Shown one piece after another: positions 28,485-36,765 of a stretch of DNA of 64,000 nucleotides. A program made the translations under genes and the position numbers. Each line of letters starts with the position of its first letter. Within the stretch, counting starts at the first letter, position 1. Source of the DNA: Hyaloraphidium curvatum SAG 235-1 (Eukaryota > Fungi > Monoblepharomycota); NCBI GenBank assembly GCA_025558095.1, contig JAIVFI010000001.1, forward strand, positions 682,001 through 746,000. The letters run 5' to 3'. The notes under the pieces were generated by a model, which had not been told where the DNA came from, did no database searches, and was given only the letters and a program-made list of their open reading frames with translations.

Positions 28485-30428
28485 GTGGTGCGAATGGAGC
28501 AAGACTTTGCTCGCGAGAGGCCTTGTGAGACTTGTGATGGGCCCGCGGTCCCGCGACCGTTCACACCACCTCCACCGATGGCCAAACCCGCGGGCGCCCC
28601 GAAGGGCGGGCGAGCGCCGCGCGCGGGGTCTTTTGCAAAGCGCGGGCGCGCGTCTGCGGGCGGCGGCGACGACACGACGGACGAGACGGTGTCGGCGGAC
28701 CACCGCGCCGCGCCGCCGGCCAAGCGCGCGCGCACCGCCGCGGCGGCCGAGGACGCCTCTCAGCCGCCGCCCGCCGCGCCGCCGCCCGCCGCGCCGCCGC
28801 TCGCCACGCCGGTGTCGAAGGCGCGCGCCGCCGCCGCCACGCCGTTCACCACCAAGTCGTCGCCCGCGCTGCGGCTGCCAACCTCGCCCGACGCCGCGCC
28901 GCCGGAATGGCAATACGTGGGCGGCGACCCCGCTTCGCACCCGCCGGGCTTCGTTCTGGCCGAGGACTCGGATCCCGAGGACGGCGACCCCGCGGAGCGC
29001 AGCGCACGCGTCGAAGCCCTCCGGACCGGCTTCGCGCGCGGCGACCTGCTCGCCCTCGTCTCGTGCTTCCCCGTGCGCGTGCAAGGCGGCGGCTGGCACA
29101 CCGAATTCGACAACGACGCCGACATCGCGGACTGGGAGGCCGTGGACCCGGCGCTGCTCCGCGGCAGGGCGTCGCCGGCCCCGAACGCGTCGCTGCTGCC
29201 CGAGATCGCCTCGCCGGAGCTCAGCTCGCAGCCCGTGCCCAAAATCGCGGCTTCCCAGCCTCAGGCGCAACCGCCGCCGCCCCCGAAGCTGCAGCCCGCC
29301 CCCATCCTGGACCGCTCCCCCCCGCCCTCGCGCCCGCACCCCACCGCCTTCGCCACGGGCTGGCGCACCGTCGAGAAGCCGAAACCGCGCGGGATCCCCG
29401 TCAGCCAGGCGGTCCAGCCTAAGGCCAAGGGGAAGCGCGTGCCTCCCCCGCCCCCGCCGGTGCTGGCGCCGAGGCCGGGCAGGCCCGCGGGGATCAAGGT
29501 CACCCCGAAGGCAACCTCGCGGCCGGCGGAGGAGCCCGAGCCGAGCTCCGCGGACCCTTTGGTGCTCTCGCCCGTGGTCGAGAAGCTCGGCAAGACGCTT
29601 GCCGAGGCTGCGAAAAAGGTCAAGTCCAAGGCGGGCACCAAGCCCAAGCAGCCGGAACCGGAACCGCCACGCCATGCCGCCGAACAACCCGCGCGCGCAT
29701 CCCCCGCCCCCGCGCACGCATCATCGCTCGGCGACACCGCCCGCGCCGTCTCCGATCCCCCCCGCGAGAGCGGGACCACCGGCACCCTCCCCCCGGCACC
29801 CCGCGCCGCAACGCCTCCCCCCCGCGAGGGCACCCCGTCCCGCCCCTCCTCTCCCCGCGCGAGGACCAGCACCCCCACCCGCCCCGTCGTGCGGCGCTTG
29901 TCGCCCACCAGCGCCTCCAAGCAGGCCAGCCGGGCCCCGCGCGGGACGAGGCGCGCGACGCTGGGCGGCGGCGTGCGCCCCGTCGCGGGGGCCAAGCGCG
30001 GCCGGCGCAGGACGGAACCCGTTCGCGGCCGCGCGGCGTTCGAGTTTTCCGAGCCCGATCACGACGAGGAGATGCCCGACGCGGACGAGATCGCGGACGA
30101 CGATCTGCCCCCGCCCGTTCCCGCGCCCGCACCGGCATCCCCGCGCAAGAAACCCCGCCCGGCGCCGCCGGACCACGGCTGGCCGCCGCTCTCGGACCCG
30201 TACTTCTTCCCCAACTACCCTTCCCCCGCCCCGACCCCCCTGCCGGACCCCTCCCTCGCGGCGGGCCTGCAAGCCGCGGCGGCGCTGCTGGCGCGCGAGG
30301 CCGGGTACGCCAAGGAGCTCGAGGATGCGGAGAGGAGGGAGAGGGAGCGCGAGGCGGAGAGGGTGAGGAGGCGGGCGGCGATGGAGGGCGACGAGGAGGA
30401 CGAGCTTGTGGCGGCGGGGCCGGCGTAG
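28485..30428 (+). CDS. Pro/Ala-rich, largely disordered hypothetical protein
   Basis: 647-aa ORF with GC3 bias, a small ordered segment (WQYVGG...GWHTEFD), and a charged C-terminal helix; start uncertain. Confidence 0.6.
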   Translation: MVRMEQDFARERPCETCDGPAVPRPFTPPPPMAKPAGAPKGGRAPRAGSFAKRGRASAGGGDDTTDETVSADHRAAPPAKRARTAAAAEDASQPPPAAPPPAAPPLATPVSKARAAAATPFTTKSSPALRLPTSPDAAPPEWQYVGGDPASHPPGFVLAEDSDPEDGDPAERSARVEALRTGFARGDLLALVSCFPVRVQGGGWHTEFDNDADIADWEAVDPALLRGRASPAPNASLLPEIASPELSSQPVPKIAASQPQAQPPPPPKLQPAPILDRSPPPSRPHPTAFATGWRTVEKPKPRGIPVSQAVQPKAKGKRVPPPPPPVLAPRPGRPAGIKVTPKATSRPAEEPEPSSADPLVLSPVVEKLGKTLAEAAKKVKSKAGTKPKQPEPEPPRHAAEQPARASPAPAHASSLGDTARAVSDPPRESGTTGTLPPAPRAATPPPREGTPSRPSSPRARTSTPTRPVVRRLSPTSASKQASRAPRGTRRATLGGGVRPVAGAKRGRRRTEPVRGRAAFEFSEPDHDEEMPDADEIADDDLPPPVPAPAPASPRKKPRPAPPDHGWPPLSDPYFFPNYPSPAPTPLPDPSLAAGLQAAAALLAREAGYAKELEDAERREREREAERVRRRAAMEGDEEDELVAAGPA

Positions 30429-30469
30429 CTTTCCTGGTTGGTTGGGCAAGTAGATTGATGCGCAGACAG

Positions 30470-31288
30470 TTACCGGTGCGGTTTGCCGCGGGGAGGGGAG
30501 AGGTCCGATAGCACCGCCTCCGGCACCCCCGCCCTCCTGAGCACGCGCACCAACCCCTCCCTGTCCCCCTCCTCCGAAACGATGAAACCGGCCTCCACGT
30601 CCCCGCCAGGCAAGGGCGGCCCGTCGTGCAGGACGTCCATCATCTTCTCCCTGCACTTCCTCCCCGCGCTGTCCACATCGACCGTCTCGGTCCGGTGCCT
30701 CCTCAGGTACTCCCCGCACCCCGCCGCGCTCCCGAGCAGCAGGATGAGTATCAGCCTCCCCCTGAAATACACCCCGCCGCGCAGCCCCAGCTCCGAAGCC
30801 CACCGCCGTATCAGCGCGCAGTAGGGCGCGGGGCGGCGCATGTGGTGCAGCCGGAGCAGGAGGAGCCGCGCCGCTTCCTGCCCGCCCGGTTGCGGTTGCG
30901 CGTCGGGTTCCGGAGGAGCAGGGGGTTCGAGGCGGAGGGAATCGCATGCCGCCGCGACGGCATCGGGGAACGCGTCCAAGTCGCCCCCCGCGGCGTCGAA
31001 CGCGAGGCGGGCGGCGTGCATCGCCCTCCCCGCCGCCCCGTTGTCCAACCCGTCGCGCTCGGTCCTGACTTCCTTCAGTTCGCACACCCCATCGGACGAG
31101 TACGCGGCGGAGAGGGTGCCGAGCAAGCCGCCCTCCCCGTCGTCGGAGAGGTCCCGGAGGTTCACGACCAGGAGCGAGCCGGAGCCGCGGGGGTGCACGC
31201 CGAGGTCGGAGGAGTAGATGGCGCGGAGGAGGGTGAGGGGGTCGGAGTCAAGGTCGGGAAGGGGATCCGGGGGAGATTGGGAGGGCAT
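30470..31288 (-). CDS. RWDD3: RWDD3/RSUME-like protein (RWD-like N-terminus + DUF1115)
   Basis: LHHMR...RWASELGLRG...GRLILILLLG...EYL...TETVDVDSAGRKCREKMMDVL closely follows the RWDD3 C-terminal domain. Confidence 0.8.
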   Translation of the reverse strand: MPSQSPPDPLPDLDSDPLTLLRAIYSSDLGVHPRGSGSLLVVNLRDLSDDGEGGLLGTLSAAYSSDGVCELKEVRTERDGLDNGAAGRAMHAARLAFDAAGGDLDAFPDAVAAACDSLRLEPPAPPEPDAQPQPGGQEAARLLLLRLHHMRRPAPYCALIRRWASELGLRGGVYFRGRLILILLLGSAAGCGEYLRRHRTETVDVDSAGRKCREKMMDVLHDGPPLPGGDVEAGFIVSEEGDREGLVRVLRRAGVPEAVLSDLSPPRGKPHR

Positions 31289-31416
31289 GCGATGCGGATT
31301 TGCGGTGGAGAAGGGATGTTTGGGCGGGCGTCTGTGTCGGCGGCGCATGGGACGGGATATCGGGGTGACAGACATCGACCAGGTAAGAAAAGATGATCAT
31401 TGCGCGTGCCAGATCG

Positions 31417-33150
31417 TCACGTGTCCCTATCATCTTCCCAGAGCTGCCTGTACGCCTCCTTGTGCAGCGTCAAGTGGCAGCACTCGGAGCACTGGCAGAT
31501 GCCATCCTCTTTGCAGGAGAACCTCCCATAGCCAGACTCGTGCCGTACGTACCTCGAAGGTTTGCCCGATGCGTTCACAAGCCATCCCCGGGGCAAGCCT
31601 CTGCGCTTCACGTCCAAATCCATGCAAGACTGACAGTTCAGAATGCTTCCACCGTTGCAGGTGCCAGACCGACAGCATGTATCACAACTGAAGCCCGTGT
31701 CTTTCCCACAGCAAAACTTGTTGCTGTTCCCCAGCAGAAAACGTCTGGTGCCATCGATGATAATGGGCACATGAGGCTCAGCTGCCCGAACAATTGCTGC
31801 AATACCGGGCTTGGTCTGCACTTCAGACTCTTCGCCGTCGGGAAGGACAAGCACGAGCTCCTTTCCGCTTGTGCTGGCCTTGAGTCGGATCTGACCCAGC
31901 TGAAGAGTGTTTGCATCCGGAAAGAACGCGGACAGATCCGGTGCTTTCTCCTTTAGCTCGCTCAGCTCCACGGTAAGGTTGTCCAATCGCTGTGCCAAAC
32001 GCTCGACACCGGCACTCTGCGAATCCACGCGCTCCTTCAGCTCCGAAAAGACGTCCGGGCCTTCAATGAGAGCGGCATCCGGATCGTCCTGCTGACAAGC
32101 ACCAATAACAAGCACCTCCTCGGGCACAACTGTCCCCAGGTGCGTCACCCATCGTGACCTATCCCTGTCTGATAGCTGCAGTTGGTCGAATGCGTGAGCC
32201 AATCCGTCTCCACTCCCGTAATCCGAGCTCATGTGGGCAAAATAAGCTGCCTTCTGTCCAGGAGTAAGCCCACGGAGAACCCGCGTCAGCCTCCGCTCGT
32301 CGCCTGTCCGCGTGATGCGCGCCACGTGCGCAACCCCAAGTGCGGGGTTGGAGGAAGCCCAGATGCGAATCAAGGAATCCCGAATGTCTCGACCATCGGA
32401 GAACTTCCATCGTTCGTCGTTTTCGGTGCCCCTGCCCTCTTCAATGCTGCCACCTTCCAGCACAATCCGCGCATCACCCAAGCTCTTCACCACGGTTCGA
32501 TGATTCTGCACGAACGGGTGCAATCCGGTCTCGGTGACCCAGGCCAGCGAGATGTAACGCGCGTTGCCGACGTAGGCAGCGTACGGCTGGAGCATGTGCC
32601 AACCATCAAGGCCGGGGACGTCCCGGAGGGCCTGCATTGCCAACTCAGCGCTTTCGTTGCGCCTGCTGTACCCGTTCTGCTGATCCTCGAGGCCCGAAGA
32701 CATCGCGCTGTATCCACTGTCATGGTCGGCACGGCTGTGGCTCCGTTCGCGGTTCTCGGCATTGCGGTCCCTCGCGGCGCTGGATCCCGAGGACGCCGAG
32801 CTGGCCCCGCCCCTTCCCGACGCTCCGAACATGCCGAATCGCGCTTTGCCTTCCGCAAACGCATCGTTGCGCTGGTGGTTTTCGCTCGAGCGCTGCGTAT
32901 CGCTCGTCGTCGTGTCCCTGCTCGTCCCTGTGTCCTCGTTGAAGCGCTCGCGCGCCGTCTCGGAATCGTGCCTAAAGGACCTTCCCTCCGACCGCCCCGA
33001 GGCTTCGGCACCGGCACGGTTGATCTTGACGCTGCCCGGGCGCAGGCCGTCGGCGTGCTGGCTCCAGAGCACCACGAGCGGGCGCGATGTGGCGTTGGCC
33101 ACCGACCACTGCGGGGGCTCGTCGAGCTGGCGCACCGCGGCCTGGGCCAT
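31417..33150 (-). CDS. Hypothetical protein with coiled coil and C-terminal Cys-rich (HECTD4-like repeat) domain
   Basis: 577-aa intronless ORF; FCCGK...GTCNGG...NCQSC...LPRGWLVNASG...FSC...CQCSEC; start uncertain. Confidence 0.65.
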   Translation of the reverse strand: MAQAAVRQLDEPPQWSVANATSRPLVVLWSQHADGLRPGSVKINRAGAEASGRSEGRSFRHDSETARERFNEDTGTSRDTTTSDTQRSSENHQRNDAFAEGKARFGMFGASGRGGASSASSGSSAARDRNAENRERSHSRADHDSGYSAMSSGLEDQQNGYSRRNESAELAMQALRDVPGLDGWHMLQPYAAYVGNARYISLAWVTETGLHPFVQNHRTVVKSLGDARIVLEGGSIEEGRGTENDERWKFSDGRDIRDSLIRIWASSNPALGVAHVARITRTGDERRLTRVLRGLTPGQKAAYFAHMSSDYGSGDGLAHAFDQLQLSDRDRSRWVTHLGTVVPEEVLVIGACQQDDPDAALIEGPDVFSELKERVDSQSAGVERLAQRLDNLTVELSELKEKAPDLSAFFPDANTLQLGQIRLKASTSGKELVLVLPDGEESEVQTKPGIAAIVRAAEPHVPIIIDGTRRFLLGNSNKFCCGKDTGFSCDTCCRSGTCNGGSILNCQSCMDLDVKRRGLPRGWLVNASGKPSRYVRHESGYGRFSCKEDGICQCSECCHLTLHKEAYRQLWEDDRDT

Positions 33151-33774
33151 TGCGAAGAAGTGGTAGAGTTGCGATGCCGGTGGTTAACGACGGCGGAATC
33201 TCTGGATTCGCTCGACGGAGCGGCGGGAATGTTGCGTAGCGCAAGGGACGAACTGACACAATCGGTCACGTGTTTCTGCTCCATCGATCGATCACTCGCT
33301 AACAAGAGCGCAAATTGCCAAACAAGCAGCTTATGCTTTGCAGGAAGCTGGACGCAAAGTGTGGCTCGGAAAACGGAGGACTTGCTTGGAACGTCCTTCC
33401 CTCAAAGGGTGCTGAATGAGAGAGCCCCATCCGGGCCAGATTTGGCGTCGCCGGCTGATATGGTCGTGTTGCTCCAGCCTGAGCAGCAGAAGGCTGCAAC
33501 AGGATGGAAACGCAGTGCCGGTCTGACGGCAGGCGCGGACAGTAGTCCATTCGAATTCTCCTTGCTAACCGGAGCCCGACGACGGTTCGCACGGTCCACT
33601 CGTGCCGGCGAGACCGGGAAGTTGCCCGGGTTAGACAGGGGCCCGCGGATCAATAGACGCGGAGGTCTATTGCAGCCGGCAGCGTGGGGGGTGTCTTCGC
33701 GCGCGCTCATTCGCCCCCACCCTCCCACCGTTCGGCGAATCAGCGCATCCAAGTCGCCAAGGCGGGCTGGCCTG

Positions 33775-33854
33775 CCGCCTGGGCGCATCGTGGCAGAACA
33801 CTGCCCACAGCCCCCCCGCCTGGGCGCATCGTGGCAGAACACTGCCCACAGCCC
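33775..33854. repeat. Tandem duplication, 41-bp period x2
   Basis: CCGCCTGGGCGCATCGTGGCAGAACACTGCCCACAGCCC at 33775 and 33816. Confidence 0.9.
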
Positions 33855-34039
33855 AACCGCGCTGGTTCGACCGATCGGGTCGACAGAGAGGACACGAGTG
33901 GACCGGAACGATCGACGCTGTTGATCACGCAGACGGACGCACTACGCCGCCGCGAATACTGCGAGTACCGCGCGAGGCCTCACTGGGAGACTTGTTCGCG
34001 AAGCCGCTGTTACGCGGAGCCACGACCCAAGCGCCCGAG

Positions 34040-35675
34040 ATGCCCGCCGGAGACCTCGTCGACTTCACCCCCGACGAATGGCTCGCCATCCTTCCCGCCG
34101 CCGTCGCCGCGCCGCGCCGCACGCCCGGCTCGGGGCCCTTGACGTCGCCTACCGATCCCGCTGCTCTGGCGCGCTCGGAGCGCCCGCTGACGCCCACGGC
34201 CCTCCGTCGCGAGGTCGGCGCGCTCAGTGGGCACCTCGCGGCTTGGATCGGCCTGCAGATGCTGCTGTCGCCGCTCAACGCGCGTTCCGGCCTGCGGTTT
34301 TTGGCCTTTACCGTCGCCGCCCTCGCGCTTACCCCCGCGCCTGCGATCCTCAACGACGGGCGGTTGTCCACTCGAGCTCTGGCCTGCGGCATTGCAGGAA
34401 GCTGGGTGGTCTTCCTTTTTTCCACTGTCGGCCTCATCCGAGCGACGTTCAGGGCAACGTACTTCGGATCGTCGCGAAACGCACGGCGAGGAGCCAACAG
34501 CCGCACCCCAGCACCGGTCGCCGCCCCGGATATCGATCTCGGATCCCATCCCCTGGCTACGATCGCCAGATGGAAGGAGCTCCTCGACCTCCAAGGCCCC
34601 GCGGGCGCTGCGGATGAAGCCGTTGGATCGGACGCAGTTCAACTCGGGCACATTCCCTCGGAGCTCGTGGCCCACCGGGACGGTGATCCGATGTGCCCTT
34701 GCGGCCTGCAATCGTGTTCGGGCGCCGTAGCTGCGCGTGCTGCGTGGTCTCGCGCCGCCGAGGTATGCACCCGCATGGTGCTCGCGATGACCGGGATGAG
34801 CCTCTTTCCGTACACTGCCGCCGTCACCTTCGCTGGCCCGTTCTGGTCTGCCTGGTGGTGGGCTCTTTTAGGCGCATTCTACTACGCAATGGATGCGTTC
34901 TTTTACCTCACCGGCACACCTGGCAGATTCAGTGCCTCGTTTCCAGCGATGGGTCTGGCAGAGAAGCTTCATTTCAGGGCGATGTCTCTCGCCCTCGATT
35001 CTCTACTGGATCGCTTGGATTCCCGGCTTACGAGCACCGACGGTGAGGCTGAGCAGGACGAAAAAGCTCGTACAGATGGGGAGGAAAACTCCGAAGAGCT
35101 TTACATACGGCTACATCTGCTGCTCTCGAGGATCTGGGAGAGGAGGATACCACACCTTTTTACGGGCGACCGCACGAGCTTTTCCCTGTTGTGCTCCGGA
35201 GTGGCTATCGCCGTTATTCTGAACCTTGTGAGTGCAATCATAAGTACCACAGTTTCGCCTCGGCTGATCCGCGGTCGTCGCCTCGTTGCAGATCGGCGGA
35301 CTCTGCATCCCGGCATGGCTCGTTCTCATCACCGCCTGGGTCTTCGTCATCTTCCTTCTCGACTTTGTGGCGATCGCCGCCTCCAACTCGCAGATCCGCT
35401 CCGTCGTCGCGCTCTACGTGACAGCCCGCCAGGCCCTCCGCCGCATGGCGCTCCTGCACCGCACGCACCCCCTCGCCTCCGAGCTCGACAGGCACGACCG
35501 CATGCTTTCATCCCTCTTGGACGTCCGCGGGCTCGAGATGCGGTTCTGGGGCGTCCCGGTCGGGTACGGCACCGTGAGGACGGTCGCGGCGACGATGCTG
35601 ACGGTCGGGTTCGCGCTGTGGGGGCTGGCGAGGGGGAGCGGGATCTATCTCACGATGGAGTCGGTCTGCTACTGA
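34040..35675 (+). CDS. Putative 7-TM receptor/ion-channel-like protein, copy 3
   Basis: Close paralogue of copy 1; phase-0 intron 35228-35291; the upstream ATG used by copies 1/2 is absent so start placed at MPAGDL. Confidence 0.8.
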
Positions 35676-35904
35676 CCGTCTTTCCAGATGGCGTTCTGCC
35701 TCCGGCACAATTGAACCCGCGGATGAGTTCTATAGTTAAAGCAGATGAGTGGAAGGCTTAGTCCAGCTTATTCAGGCACAAAAATTAGTTGCATGATGAA
35801 CTTGGCTGCCTGCCCAATCAAGCTGGGCACGCGCGGATTTCCACGTAGAAAGGTCGCCTTCGGCTCAGCCATTCGACGTTCCCCGCGCTCCGTGACCAAC
35901 GACC

Positions 35905-36606
35905 ATGTCCACCGCCACCCAAATCAGGCGCGAAGGACTGACCGCCGATGCCGTCCGGGGGTTCCAAGCCGTGCTGCGCGAAAAGCTCCCCGAATGGCAG
36001 TTTCCGAGCCCCGAGGACGTCGACGCGAACAGGTTGACCCTCCTCTCCGAGCTCCCCGTGGACTCGGACCTCTGGTTCTTCGCCTACGGGAGCATGATGT
36101 ACAACCCCGCCGCCGACATTGCCGAGTCACGGAAGGCGGCGCTGCGCGGGTACCGCCGGTCGTTCAACTGCGAAGCTCCCTTTGCGCGGGGCTCCCCCGA
36201 GTCTCCCGGGCTAATGCTGGCCATCGAGCCCGCTCAAGACGCCGTGTGCCAAGGGTTGGCGCTCAGGATTGAAGCCGCCAAGGTGGACGACGAGACGCGG
36301 GCGATCTTTTTCCGCGAGATGATCGCGGGTTTCTACAAGGCCGTCTGGGTGGATTGCACGCTGGATGGCGGGGAGACGGTGCGGTGCTTGACGGTGGTCG
36401 CCGATCCCACCCACGACGGCGTTGTTTTTCTGAGCCCCGACGAGAAGGCTGCGAGGATTGCAAAGGCAAAGGGGATGTTGGGTACGAACCGCGAGTACTT
36501 GTACAAGATCCGCGCAGAGCTGGCAAAGCTCGGCATCGCGGACGCGTACATGGATGATTTGTTCAAAAGGTGGTGGCCATCACGGGCGAAGCTGACGGGG
36601 TTGTGA
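35905..36606 (+). CDS. chaC: ChaC-family gamma-glutamylcyclotransferase
   Basis: LWFFAYGSMMYNP, GYRRSF, RGSPESPGLMLA, REM, AKGMLGTNREYL; intronless. Confidence 0.9.
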   Translation: MSTATQIRREGLTADAVRGFQAVLREKLPEWQFPSPEDVDANRLTLLSELPVDSDLWFFAYGSMMYNPAADIAESRKAALRGYRRSFNCEAPFARGSPESPGLMLAIEPAQDAVCQGLALRIEAAKVDDETRAIFFREMIAGFYKAVWVDCTLDGGETVRCLTVVADPTHDGVVFLSPDEKAARIAKAKGMLGTNREYLYKIRAELAKLGIADAYMDDLFKRWWPSRAKLTGL

Positions 36607-36765
36607 AGCCGGCCGACCTGTAGGCGCTGTACAACGCGATCTCAATCGGGCGCGGAGCGGTGAGGACGGTCGGTCGGGAGGGGCCACTGCATTTATTGTA
36701 AGACTGATATTGAGTATACTTCACGCCTATGAGCTTGGCAGCGCCCGATCCGACGAGATCGGCGA

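Noticed and set aside
28327-30366. Alternative-frame and antisense long ORFs (also 42331-43530, 57386-58741, 58986-60710)
   Set aside because: Stop-poor shadows of GC3-rich real genes.
33775-33854. CRISPR-like array
   Set aside because: Only two adjacent units, no spacers, no cas genes, eukaryotic context.
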